A DNA stretch of 63,017 nt, counting the filler, from Collodictyon triciliatum (lineage: Eukaryota): NCBI GenBank assembly GCA_043381765.1. It is 10 parts of 10 records of this genome, joined end to end, with 100 filler letters (N's around TTAATTAATTAA, not from the genome) between each part and the next. Parts side by side here need not be neighbours in the genome. Positions count along the whole stretch, not along the records: positions 24,403 to 32,432 come from JBHJMP010003622.1; positions 32,533 to 40,558 come from JBHJMP010003623.1; 8 more parts are not named here. One strand, 5' to 3'. The translations under genes were made by a program, and so were the position numbers. Positions within the stretch are counted from its first letter, which is position 1. Each line of letters begins with the position of its first letter. The notes beneath the pieces were generated by a model, which was given only the letters and a program-made list of their open reading frames with translations, had not been told where the DNA came from and did not search any database. Positions 25,115-38,247 of this stretch are shown here, in pieces.

Positions 25115-28100
25115 TCAAGGCTCGAGAAACTCAAGGTCTGCAGCTATGCTTATATGGTCGCTTGGAAAGTGGATATTTGGCAGCCCGACTCCATCCTGAA
25201 CAACGTCTTCGTCGGGCACTTCCAGAACGCCTACGAGTCAAGTCGGGTTGTGTTTATTGTTCCGAGTATTGAGACTGGCGTTCTTATACATACACAGACA
25301 CATATAGATATAAAGCGCATTCATTTATGACGAAAAGAAAATAGTAATCCCATATCCATGCTTTTCTTCAAGCAGCAGACTACTTCGACCCTCGATAATA
25401 CTGAAACGAACCTGTTGCTGCCAGGACTTGGTTGCTGAACCATATGTAATCCAAGCATCCCACAAAATCGGCCGTGTAGTTTGTGAAAGGGGGCTCGCCT
25501 GCGCAAGTATGCCGTGAGATAAGGCTCCTTTTCTTCTCCTTTTTTTTCAAACGAAAGAACATTCAAACAGCTCGGGGACAATGTAAGAATGGAAGGAAAG
25601 GAACGCCGCTCATTCTTGACATTCTCTCGTTCCATCTTTTTGGTACAGTTAGAAAGAGATAGAAAAAAACGGATGGATAGGCGGGGGTGGTCATCACGTG
25701 GAAGGCAAACACGCACTCATAATGCCGTAGCTGCTTTCTAGTGATAGGGGATGTTGGAGCCCTTCCTATAATCCAGTAAAGTATATTAAAATAATCAAGC
25801 GAAATTACTGCGATTGTAAATGCTTTCATTTTCTTCAACTTATTTATGGAGATTTTACATTGCAAGCCAAGTAATAAGAACAGAAAGTACAGACATCTTC
25901 AAGTATCCTTTTTTGTTTTGTGTTTTTTGGATGGGTTTTGGTATCTTTTCTCTCATCACCCGTAACAAATTATGCGACTATCAAACCTTGGTGTATTGTC
26001 CGTATTTTCGATTGATTAGCTCCGGATGGTTCGGCCGCAGTGATTTATTGCGAATTAATTCATACACACCGCTGTGGCGGACAAAATTGAACTTAGTGAA
26101 GATAAAAAAAAAGTGATTGAAATTAAGAAAACTGGTGAATCAAATACCTTTTTTTGGCTCTAATATAAACATACCCGCCATTTTTTAAGTGAAATGAATA
26201 TAAAAAAGTCGTGAAATATTGAGATGTTTTTGAAATATGAAAGAAACGCAACGAATTCAAATGAAAAAAAAGATGAAAATAAGCTGTTGAAACCTATCTG
26301 GTAGTGAATTGAAGTCACCGCATAAGACGATGGGGACTTTTGAAGGGCCGCCATATCCTGATATCAGCTTCGTGCATTCTGATTGAAAGTATGCGCATGA
26401 GTGACACATGAATCACTGCACACACGGGCCTGGATTTTGAGCCTTTTCTTTTTCTTTTTTCTGGTCATATTCGATAAAGAACCTTCCAAGAGAATTTGTG
26501 TCTGCATTATTTTCACATCGGCAAACTCAGGATTCCACTGGATGTGTGTGTTTGCAACCAACAAGAGTCGCCTAGCAAGAGGGGGGAAACGGTGAAAAGT
26601 TATATCTCCTTTTTTTAATGAATATTTATTTACGATTCCAACAAGAGCATGAAAAAGATGATGAAAATGCCCAAATGAATGCTTTCCTGTTTTTTTATTT
26701 TTTGTTTTTTTGATTTTTTTGATTTTTTTGATTTTTTTGATTTTTTTGATCACACGAACCCATTACTAGCAGCTTTTGAGTAGCTATTTGACTCAATTCT
26801 TCGCAAAAGAAGTAAAGATGCTGTGTATAAAACATACATTTGTAACCCATTTCGGGGGATTTGGTCGCCTGTTTGCTCCGTCTCCAAACACACTACAATC
26901 TACCATACTCGATAATAAAGAAGATAAACGAAAGAAAAAAAAAGAACCTATGTTATCCTTCGTTTGTAGTCGATTGATTGCATCCGAGTCTCCCTTGAAT
27001 TCTGGCTTTGTCATGGCCAAACTGCTGTATTCCAAGACATGATCTTTGATGCACTCGAATCTGTTGGTACATATCAGCTAAATCGATGAAGGAAAGTACA
27101 ACTCATCACGAGGGTACATACATTTTTAAAATAATTCATAAAAAAAATACAAGAAGGAAAATTTGTCTCGTAAACTCAAACTTTGATGATTTGAAGAATG
27201 TTGCGGTTCCGTCGACGGTTCTTTTCTCGTGTTCTTGCAGCATCTTCGCTCTTGCTTTTGATTTGAATATTCCCATATATCCGCACTTTTGCAACTCTGG
27301 CAAGAAAAAAGTGTTGAAGTGCATCGTTTCCACCTCCTGATGCAGCGAAAAGATATTGTTATCTTTTATGTTAAAGCATATTTATAATCGTCAGTAGTGA
27401 GCATATTAACTGAGATGAACTATGTAAATGCATTAAAAAATTGCATTTCTTGATTGAATGGCTCTTCATTTCTTTTTCTTTTTCTCTCTTATCTTTCATT
27501 ATTTTTTTATAAAAAAAAAATGGAAAAATACTTGCAAGCAGAGAATATCAGGTTCGTGCGTTAGTATCTCGTCCAAAATCTTCTTTTTTCTGTACATATA
27601 ATTCAAAGCCCAAGAAGGACAGTAGTAAAACATGTTTGGCGATGCAAGAACCTCCGCAAGGATGTTGTAGCACATAACTCGAAACTTTCCTGCAAACAAA
27701 TTAAATGTTTGGATATGTGATTATGATTTGATTCTAGATATAAAAAATATATAAACGTTGCAAAGATGCGGAATTTAATATAATATAAGTATGAAAAAAA
27801 TTTGTGACTTGTTGCAAACTCATTCGTTTATATACAAATTACAAGGAATTCATTATTTTCTTTCTTCATCGCCCCAACCTGACGTTTTCCGTCCATCGGG
27901 GATGGTAACCCATTTTCTCGGTGGAGGTGGCGGCGTTTCTGATGATTTGATTTTTTGGGGTCCAAAAATATGATGATGATGATTACAAAGAAAAAGGAAG
28001 AAAATACAAACAGCACAGTAAAATGCAGAGGAGAGAGAGAGACAAAAAAACCAACAGATTGTGTATGTGGACAATGCAAACCAGGTGAGTTGTCACGTAA

Positions 28101-29015
28101 ATGGTACACAATCTGAGTCGTTTGCTGTTGGATTATCAAGTCGGACGGAACATTGACGATGGGGTTCCCTGAATGACCGAATAATATCAGCATCAAAACA
28201 ACCTGATGAAATCACACCGACAAAATAAAATAAAAAAGGATACAAAATAAAAAAAAGGATACAAAACAAAACAAAACAAAACAAAACAAAACAAAACAAA
28301 ACAAAACAAAACAAAAAGGACACAAAACAAAACAAAACACAAAACAAAACAAAAAACACAAAACACAAAACAAAAAACAAAAAACAAAAAAAAAACCGTC
28401 TGCACGCAGATTGAGCAGGTTCCTGAGCCTGCCGATGTCCCAGGGCAGAACGGCGATGCGGTTGTTGTGGAGCAGCAGCGTCTCCAACTCCCGCAGCCTG
28501 CGCAGCCCGGGCGGCAGCGACCTGAGCTGATTGCCAGACAAGTCCAGATACGTGAGCTGCGGCAGCCAGTCGTAGAAGCCTTCGGGAATCCACGCAATCT
28601 GATTGCCGCCCACAAGCAGCACGGCCAAGTGCGAGTACGCCGCCAAGGCCGACGAGACCAGCCGCAGCCCGGCCCCGCTCAGATCAAGCTGGTCCCAGAA
28701 GCCTTCCTCCTTGGCCGGCGATCCGCCTCTCTGCGCAAACATGCTGCTTTGCAGTGGCGAGTGTGTTTGTGTCTGACTCTGCAGTTGACTCTGCAGTTGA
28801 CTCTGTAGTTGACTCTGTAGTTGACTCTGTAGTTGGCTCGGTGTTTGTGAGCTCGAGCTGAAAGGGACGCTGCTTCCAAGAAGATGGCTGCCGAATGCGC
28901 CGAACCCGCGCATGGGTGAGGCCTGCAAGGCAAAGGAATCGTAGCTTGTGCCCGTGTCGGCAGACTTGACTGGGCTTTGGAACAGCTGTTGCGGGGCGGC
29001 AGGTGGCCGTGACAT
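25115..29015 (-). CDS. CCR4: CCR4/CNOT6 mRNA deadenylase (LRR + EEP nuclease), multi-exon; start may lie in the N gap
   Basis: LRRs (LTYLDLSGNQLRSLPPGLRRLRELETLLLHNNRI), FRVMCYNILAE, YCPSWAL, PDILCLQ, LLVANTHIQWNPEFADVK, EPPFTNYTADFVGCLDYIWFS and LPNIHFPSDH; (SQLQ)n repeat in the N-terminus. Confidence 0.95.
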
Positions 29016-29567
29016 CCTCAAGTGTCGGTCTGCTTCTTTNNNNNNNNNNNNNNNNNNNNNNNNNNNNNNNNNNNNNNNNNNNNNNNNNNNNNNNNNNNNN
29101 NNNNNNNNNNNNNNNNNNNNNNNNNNNNNNNNNNNNNNNNNNNNNNNNNNNNNNNNNNNNNNNNNNNNNNNNNNNNNNNNNNNNNNNNNNNNNNNNNNNN
29201 NNNNNNNNNNNNNNNNNNNNNNNNNNNNNNNNNNNNNNNNNNNNNNNNNNNNNNNNNNNNNNNNNNNNNNNNNNNNNNNNNNNNNNNNNNNNNNNNNNNN
29301 NNNNNNNNNNNNNNNNNNNNNNNNNNNNNNNNNNNNNNNNNNNNNNNNNNNNNNNNNNNNNNNNNNNNNNNNNNNNNNNNNNNNNNNNNNNNNNNNNNNN
29401 NNNNNNNNNNNNNNNNNNNNNNNNNNNNNNNNNNNNNNNNNNNNNNNNNNNNNNNNNNNNNNNNNNNNNNNNNTTCCGCATATAGTAACAGCACGAAAAC
29501 GCGACGGTTGCGGAATATTCCGTGTCAGATTGCTATATATGTGTCATTTACAAATGCGGGATTTATA

Positions 29568-31938
29568 CTATTTGTTTTGCTTGAAGAGCCTGCTTTGTGG
29601 TGGCTGCGGTGTGGCGGAAGGCGGCTGCGGATTTGCGTGGTTGTAAAAGCGATGGAGATTGGAGACCAGCAGATTCCCACTGGATGTCCGGGAGCTCCAC
29701 GGTTCAGCGGGGCCGAGGTTTTGGTTAGAAATACTCTCTGATGGCCTTCTTGCGGCAGATGCGGCGTTTCCGGCAGACGATGAACGCGCAATCGGCCTGT
29801 GGAAGCCGCCAGACGAAGGCCTGTAAAAAAATGCAGTGGTCGGAAAGATTTTCTTTTTGTGTGTCTCTTTTCTAAAAAAAAAAAAAGAAAGAAAAAACTG
29901 TTTTGGTTCAATCGGGTGTCGCAGATAGCAAATGCTCCAGTAAGAAACAAATAAAAGGAGGACTTGGTATTGAGTGTTTGATTAAACGCAATTATAAACT
30001 GAAACGAAGAGATGTCACGGCTTTGAATACACACCGCATCACTGTTTTATTAGCCACATACATCCCCCTTCGTTTCATTTAATTCCTTGTTTTTTTTTCT
30101 TTTTCTTTTACCTTTGATTTGTACTGTAATTGGGACTGGCATTGGAAACCTGCGAAAAGGCGGCGATGTTTGATGATGACGTTGGGCCTGTGTTGAACTT
30201 AATCCCAAACTTTGTTTGCTGCTGCTTTTCTTGCTCCATCTTCCGAAGCTCTGCAAGCCTCCATGATGCACGGTCCAAATCCTTTTGCTGTGTGGATGTG
30301 AAAAGTGCGCGATGGCATCAGTCTTGCTATCTTCATCGGATGTGATAAGTGATTACCAGCTCCGGATTACATAAGAGAAAGATAATTTTGTGTACGCCTT
30401 ATCTTCTTCTTCTTTTTTTTTTAATGATGATGATTTTGATAGGATGCTTCGCCTAAGTGGGGTATCGTGCAGAATTCACCTTATCGTTGACAGAGGTCTC
30501 CATGCTAGTCAGTTTCTCATCCTTCAACCGAAGAGTCTCAGCCAACTGCGTAAGTTGGCGTTCCTTTTCAGTCAGCACCTTTTGCTTCTCCTCCAACATG
30601 GCTTCCTTCGCATCTATGTCGCCGATTCGCTTCAGCATTTCCTGCAGGGTTGAAATATGTTTAAATCACCTAGCTCTTTATATTATCAGAAAAGTTTCAT
30701 AAAAATTAAAGATTAACACCACTAGAATAAAAAAATATCGTCAAGTAGGGTATGATTGGGTTCGAATATAGATGGCAAAATACAATATAATCTGATCAAC
30801 AAGCTATTCTGATGTGTGAGTCTTGATTTCAAAAAGGAAAGATTTTCTCAAAGTGTTATATGATTGGCCACACATTCACAATGCGCTCACGCTCTTCCAA
30901 AAGGCATCTTGAGCATTCATCGTGCTGGCATTTCAGTCTGATATTTTCTGCTTGGACACGTCGTAACTCTTTTTCAGATGCTTCTAAGGCCAGGGATAAT
31001 TGTTGCCACGCAGAACGGGCGTTTCCCAAGTGTTCCTTCGTTACTGCAAACTGCTCGGCCAAAGCTAATAACATGAGGGAAAATACAACAGAATATGACT
31101 AGCGTATTTTGACAAAAGTGGGTGAAATGAAGTCCAATTAATGTATTTTATCTCTTGGCCATCAAGACTGTGCCTTTGAAAAACTTAATTTGTTATCACC
31201 ATTACGCTGTGTAAATGTAAATATAAACCTTTGAGTCGCTCTTGTGTTTGAACCTCGAGCTTACTAAACTCAGACTCCATATTTCGCCGATTTTCCATTT
31301 CACTGACCAAATCTTCCTGTCTTTGTTTCAACCGATCTTTCAATGACTCGATTTCTTCCATTGCTATTTTTTTTTAAAAAAAAAATGGATAAACTTATGC
31401 CATCATATGTTTTTTTTAAAAAAAAAAATAGATACAAACAATCGTCTAGGTGTTGTAAATATTATTATTATTTTAGGAAGGTGAGGAAATATGGACTTTG
31501 TCTTGATATTCCATTTTCTGTGCTCCCTGGATGTGACTTGGTCTTCATCATCTCGTCCAAGAGGCGCTTCAGTGAAGCGACTTCCTCCTCAAGAGACTTA
31601 ATCTTCGCTTTTGGGTTGTCATCATTCACAATGGCTTTATTCCTAACTTTCCTGTAGTTTTTTCATAATTTACGGATGCGTTTTTGAGCTCGTATAAAAA
31701 TTATTTACATCATTAACCGAATTACTTGGTCACTCTCTATTATCACTCTTCAGAAAATATGAGACATAGCCGTGTCTAATGGATGTGTGCCAGAGCTCAT
31801 TATAAAAGTACCTCGCTTTGCATGCCCATATCAGTGTATTTTTCGTTTCATGGTAGTTGTATTCGGAGGGGCTTACATTTGCTATCATCGTCGTCTTACT
31901 ATTTCCTCCCAGAGAGTCGGACAATAATTTCGTGAGGG
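29568..31938 (-). CDS. Kinesin, 3' part (end of motor domain, coiled-coil stalk, tail)
   Basis: [51 protein letters not shown], followed by several coiled-coil exons; 5' exons are off the scaffold. Confidence 0.9.
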
Positions 31939-32803
31939 CTAAATATTGGTTTGTTTGTTTGTTTGTTTGTTTGTTTGTTTGTTTGTTTGTTTGTTTGTTT
32001 GTTTTGTTTGTTTGTTTTGTTTNNTTTGTTTGTTTTGTTTGTTTTGTTTTGTTTGTTTTGTTTGTTTTGTTTTGTTTGTTTGTTTGGTTTGTTTGTTTGT
32101 TTTGTTTGTTTGGTTTTGTTTGTTTTTTTGTTTGTTTTTTTGTTTGTTTGTTTGTTTGGTTTGTTTGGTTTGTTTTTGAGGCAAATTTCCCAGAGATCGA
32201 TCTATTCTGTATCCCACAACTTTAATAAATGTGATGAACACACTGAGAGACAGAGTTGAGAGGAACAATAAAAAAAAACTATGAATAAGAAAAAGTCCTT
32301 TTGCTGAGAAACAAGCACACTGAGAGAGAAAAAGACACATTCTCCAGAAAATATTATTATTACACTGGCGTTCTTTCCTTCTCCCAACCCGCCACATTCT
32401 GAAGCCGGAAAAAAAAAAAACAAAAAAACAAANNNNNNNNNNNNNNNNNNNNNNNNNNNNNNNNNNNNNNNNNNNNTTAATTAATTAANNNNNNNNNNNN
32501 NNNNNNNNNNNNNNNNNNNNNNNNNNNNNNNNAAGCCCTACGGAAGCTATCATTCAGAAAAAATGTTTTTCTCTACTTTATGGTTTTTTTTTTTTAAAAT
32601 TTTCCCCCCCCCCCCTTTTTTTTTTTTTCTTCATAAAATAAAAGAGTCTGCTATGCATAGTTTTCTTTTAACCCATAATTTTAATGGCCCACAGATGAAA
32701 CCACCCAAAGATATTTATGGTAAGGATAAAGTACCCACATAACCATGTTTCCATTCCTTTCAAGGCATATCCCCTTTTCCTCATATTTGATATACCCTCT
32801 GAG

Positions 32804-33934
32804 CTTTCGTGTATTATTTCGTTGGTATGTTTATCGACATTACACTGCCGTTCAAGGAGACACCTTTTTGAACCCAACAACTCTTAATATTAACGGTATT
32901 ATTTAGTTAACCGCTCCAACGAGCTCGAAAAACGATTATGGATTTCCACACTTAAAAAAGGAACATCAAAATCTGTGGCACATGGATATGAATTCAGCGC
33001 AGCCCTTTTTAAGAGCGCGACCATTCTTGGATGTCAGTCCACAATTACATATCTCTTCGCTTTCCAGGGAAAGCAATACGCACTAAAATGTCCTCTCAAG
33101 GCAGATATGAGCGAAAATAGATTCATTCATGAAGAGGACGGAAAACTCAAGCAGACAGAAGTACTAACTTCCTTACATCATCCCAACTTAATTCTAATCG
33201 TTGATGCAGTCTCTATTCCAAGTATTAATGGCCAAGAACAGTACTTCTGTCTGCTGATGGAGCTCGCAGATGACTCTCTTCACCATGATGTAAATCTCTC
33301 TTCAGTCCTAGATACCAAAATCAAATACATTCGCTACATCAAATACTTCCACCATATACTGCTCGGGATGAAATTTCTTCACGAAATGGATGTAGCACAT
33401 GGATGCCTGAAACCAGAAAACATACTCATTGTTGATGGCATCGCAAAGATATCAAATTATGTAAATTCCTCGGTCTATGCTAGAGAAATCGAAGGTAATC
33501 GAGGCGGTCTTTCGGTGACATGTGTACATTGGCTAGCTCCCGAGTCGCTCTCTGGTGATATTTCCAACCTTAAATCGTCTGATATATTTGTGATTGCTAC
33601 AATTCTGTGGTACTTGAGGGTTCGAAGATTCCCTTTTGCACAACATAATGACGAGGAGATAAAAAAGTTTCTGTTGGCCGGTGAAAGACTTCCTCTCCCT
33701 ACTTTCAATCCGCCCCACGTAGCAGAGATTATTCAGATATGCTGGCAACCTGACCCAAATCAGCGCCCGAAAATATCAGAGTTGCTTCGCATTTTCGAAT
33801 CATATGAAAATTCATCACCTGCTCTTAGCTTTAGCCGACGGGATTGTGAGTCCATATGGGGGTTAGACAATGACGAAGGATTCAAGTTTGCATGGAAAGA
33901 TTTTGAGGAAAAGAAAGTCTTGGAAAGGCTCTGA
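32804..33934 (+). CDS. Pseudokinase (TKL-like fold) with upstream PH-like segment; 5' partial
   Basis: Long exon 32907-33934. YALK, LHHPNLI, HWLAPE, SDIF and CWQPDPNQRP are present, but HRD is HGC, DFG is NYV and there is no GxGxxG. The preceding FVYYFV|VNRSNELEKRLWISTL resembles a PH-domain C-terminus. Confidence 0.8.
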
Positions 33935-34077
33935 GTTTATATAAGCTCCTGTCTCTTCGTTGCGTCAACAAAACAGCAATAAATGAAGAAATCTGAAATC
34001 CAAAACAATGATGATGATTATTATAATAGTAACGATAACTAAGTTAAAAAAAAAAAGAAATTAAATAAGGAAAAGAA

Positions 34078-34644
34078 TTTTTTTCCTTTATTCGATTCAA
34101 AGTGTAGCGAGGTTATGCCATACAAAGGGGCGGGATGGGAGCGCATGGGAGAGAGCAAACGCGAGTAGGGGAAGACACTACCGTGGAGGGCTAGCACTGG
34201 AAAGAAGTCAGTGATAGCGAGTTGGTCAGGTGGTCGTCCCAACTGGTTGATTGGCTGCGTGAGCAGGAGGGGTTGGATATGCTGTGGGAGATATCGCACG
34301 ACACATTCCCACATCTCTCTTCGCTTGCGGTCAGAGTAGCAAAGAATGCGGGCGTGTTTCAGCAGACTGTTCAGGAAGCTGTATTGCACGAGGCTTTCCA
34401 GTCTGGGTACATTGATTTCTCGTTTGGGTGAATCATTAGAGCGAGAGAATGCACGCACACTCCATAAGGACAACAGCATATGTCCCCTTGTGACTGTCCA
34501 GAGTATTCTAGAGTCGTGGGTCATTTGGTATTGTGGGCCAAACAGGATGTCAGACGCGCTGAGTTGGTTGGGAGCATAATCAAGTCCAGAGAGCATCTTG
34601 TGGGTAGACTCTGTCATTTTTTGAGCAAGAGAGCACTTCACAAT
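34078..34644 (-). mobile_element. 5'-truncated L1/Tx1-like LINE (family A) with 14-bp TSD
   Basis: TSD AATAAGGAAAAGAA at 34064-34077 and 34645-34658; short A tail. The ORF starts xCSLAQKM, as expected at the end of the ORF2 CCHC finger. A second copy lies at 3709-3992. Confidence 0.88.
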
Positions 34645-35081
34645 AATAAGGAAAAGAAAATAATCATCTCATTCAGATATTTAATCTCTATGTCAACTCC
34701 TTTTCTGTTTGAACTATTCCCCTTTTTCTTTTTCTATATTTTTTTTACCACCAGGAGTAGGTCTATCCCCACTATTCAGTGTCTTGGCCAAGTGCGTTGG
34801 GTTTTCTGTGGGTCGTGAGCGATTCGAAAGCGACCCCAAAACATATGGCAAGGTCAGTTGCCAGGTACCATTTACAACCGACGAAGAAAAGGTTATGTAA
34901 AGCAGACCCATTGAAATTCATCTTTAAAAGAAAAATGGAAAAAAGGAGAGCACTGGAAATGAAAAGATGGATATTGGTAGAAGCCATTGATACAATCAGA
35001 GTGACAAGACACACGTATATAAAATGAAATAAAAATAATCTCATACAAATAATAGGAGTGTTTATATAATGTCTGGCGATG

Positions 35082-35172
35082 TAGCGTCCATGCAAACGAT
35101 GGCTAGCGAACCAAAGCCAACATCTTCACCATCCTGCACAAAATTGAAAGGAAGAATAAAAAAAAAAAAAAA
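35082..35172 (+). mobile_element. Short retroposed element, family B, with poly(A) and 16-bp TSD
   Basis: Perfect TSD ATAATGTCTGGCGATG at 35066-35081 and 35173-35188; ends GAAAGGAAGAAT plus an A run of about 15. Confidence 0.9.
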
Positions 35173-36220
35173 ATAATGTCTGGCGATGGCGAGCCTCTAG
35201 TAATCACTTTATACTCATTCGCTACTGCATTCTATGGAAAACATCGAAGAAATCTGAGGACCCTAGAAGCAGTCGGTCGACCATTCATCTGCCTCTTTTT
35301 CTTATTTATTTCTTTTTTTTTGAAAAAAAATAAACAATCAATTCAGTTATGATACCTGGTTTGCACTTATTTTTAATTATTTTTTTTTTTTGTTCATCAT
35401 CAAAGCTGCCACCCTGCCAATTTTTCTTTTATCATTTTTTTCTTTTTCTTTTCTTTTCTTTTTCTTTTCTTTTTCTTTTCTCTTCTTTTTCTTTTCTTTT
35501 TTTAAATATGGAATGAAAACAAATAAACTGAAATGTGCTTCTTAAAGGGTACAAAAGAGGCGGGTGCACCGATGGCAATTCTGACAGCCATCGGTTCGTT
35601 TTTGCGACCACCTGCACCTCATTGATTTAGGCTTTTTTTTAAAAAAAAAAAAAAAACTTGCTCCAAACTTTTCATCATCAGCAACCCAACACAAATAGGC
35701 TCATCGTGGGCTATGCGTCAAAACGCTGCCCGAAATCCCAATGAGATTTCCAACTCCGTTTCAAGAGTCTTCATGAAGGCTCAGAGAATAGACCGTGGAC
35801 TGGTCATTCTCCGATGCCACTGACAATGTGGCGGAGGGCGATGTGCTTCTTAGCGCGCTACTACCCTCTACTCACCCGTGGATAATGGCGTAGTTTAATG
35901 TCTGTGTTCCTATCTTGCTACTCATAGGGAAGTTTTTTATTTTATATTTGTTTGGTAGCCGTGTCTCCGCTGTCACCAAGGACAACCTGCGTACCGCCAG
36001 ACACAATCGACGATATTTGACCCATTTGGCAGCGCAGAGTGAAGTGCCGTATTCTTTATCCATATTATTTTTTAAAAGTGTTTATGCTATTGGTTGATGA
36101 ACATGTGCTGTTTTGCTGATTTCTGGCCGGTCTGAATGGGTAGCTTCTCCTTGAAATGAAAGAGATTTATTGTGGTTTTTTTCTTCTTATTTTGCTTGAT
36201 TTATTGAGAACGGAGGGATC

Positions 36221-37194
36221 TTATTCCTCGCGGTAGATTGGCGTCCACTTGGGCACTTCGGCAAAGAGGCGATAAGCGTGGACATTGCGGGACTCGGTCA
36301 GGGTGAAGCGATGATAGATTCCGACCGGCTGATTTGAGGCAAGAGAATAGTGAGGTTGATGAGGCAAGATATATGATTTCGGAGTGTGGATGGTACTTTC
36401 AGGTTGTATAGTGCATGAGAATCATGTGTTTGGTCCAATTGAGTCGTACCAGAATGATAAAGTCGCCTGCGTTGAGAACAAGACGAATCCACTGGTCATT
36501 TCCGTTGCGAACGTCAAAGATGCCTTCACCGTTGAAGATGTAGCGGATTTCCTCGTCTTCATGCAAGTGCCTACGGAAGAATCATCAGGAGTGTGTTGTA
36601 AAAACAAGGTGTAATGGATTTTGCATCGGGGTTTAACAGGTGCTGTTGTTGAGCTGATACGAAAGTGATATCATCATGTCATTATGTGATAAGGACAATG
36701 TGTTGATAATAGTATAGAAGGGGGAGACAAGACCGCTGGGAATAAATAAAGGGTGAATGTATATATCTCCGAACTCTTTGAAGAAGATCTTCAACTTCTC
36801 CTCAAGACCGGGAAGAGATTCGTTGAGCTTCACCTGAAAGTCGTAGGGAACAAGTTAGCATCTGATACTATGAATAACCAAAAAAAAAAAAAAGTGCAAG
36901 TTCAAAGAAAGCTGGCATTGGCCGTAAGAAACGCCCACGTTTCACGTATGATCAGAACATTGTACACTTTGAAGTAGAGGTCAGTCGAGAGGGGAAAAAG
37001 AGTCTGGTTGGTTGACGGTTAATAAGCAGATTGGTTGTCACTTCGTCGCGGTTTTTGTAGTTGCGCTCCTTCATGATGGCCTGCAGCTCAGGCTCGCAGT
37101 TGGCCGGATCGATGAACTGATAAAAGACATTCAACGGCTTCAGCTCTTCCAGCGAGACAGAGACCTCGGGTTGATCCAGGAGGAAAGCTTTCAT
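36221..37194 (-). CDS. ADI1: Acireductone dioxygenase (ARD/ADI1), 4 exons
   Basis: [54 protein letters not shown] and [11 protein letters not shown]; the cupin metal ligands are intact. Confidence 0.95.
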
Positions 37195-38247
37195 GGGGGG
37201 AGAGGTCTGTTGTGTTTGGAAGCAAGAACTTTAGTTGCAAGGGTTATGCTTCTAAGAGCCTTATATTGACACCCTCTGGTTGGCGAGGGCGAGAATCGCG
37301 GCAAGCGGCTCGATCGTTGGCCTCTTATTTTCCTCTCTCCTTCTTTCCTTCTCAATGATCAATGAAGCAAGCAACGAGTGGTGTGATGCGCAAAGACTTT
37401 GACTGAGGAACGTTGACAGAGTTTGTTCATCGCCTCTCAGACGCTTGTTGGATTCATATAGACAAGGGTGTTCCTGCGTGTGCTTGGCCACTTCGGCCGT
37501 GGCAGGGAGGATGAGCTCTGCAAGGACGGACCGATGGAGAAAAGGATAGGGCATTTCTGGCCTTGGAATTGACAAGGTCTACTCAAGAAAACTGTGGCGC
37601 TTAGTTGGCTGCCTATGCGACCATCTCAGCCGTTGGTAGTTTTGGATCGACCCGGCTATACCAGACACTGCCATTTGCCTTCGCGATCACGCAGGCCATG
37701 GCCCGCCTGTCAAATTGGTGCTTGCTCCGCTGACAGCCGAATGTTCCTTTGTGGCGTGGTGAATGAATAATGGCAACGCTTTATGTAGTCATGTCCGAGA
37801 TTCCCAACCATATTTTCCACATCTGATAATTCCTTTTTGGGCGTGTGTTGCTAGCTTCCAAGGGCATTAAATCCCCCTTACATCTATGTTTTTGTTTTTG
37901 TTTTTGTTTTTTTGCTTTCACACCAAACTTTTGCTTGCATAGTGCGATGCCACATCGCGATAAAGTGTCGCCGATCAGAGCTTTGATTGAGAGTAAAAGA
38001 GACAATTCATAAATATAGGGTGTGATAGTTTTAAGGGTGCAAGCAAAGTGATTTTCTGGAGGGGCCAGCCACATAATTTCTATTTATCGTTCCATCTGTT
38101 CTCTCCTCTAATTTTCTCCAAAACACAAGATGACACCAACACCAACACCAACGCCATCAATGAAATTCGAGTTTATTTTTTTTAAAATTTTTTTGGGGAG
38201 CGCAAGATGACAAAAAAAAATATTAAAAAAGCGGTGTATGTCCAGAC

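Noticed and set aside
34039-34200. LINE ORF apparently reading through into the poly(A) with no 3' UTR
   Set aside because: The 3.7-kb copy has a stop after DLFPVLAYP and indels beyond it, so the read-through is probably a frameshift in this copy.
35690-36060. Exon-like plus-strand segments between the retro-inserts and ADI1
   Set aside because: Stops occur in all frames and no motif was recognised, so a gene call cannot be supported.
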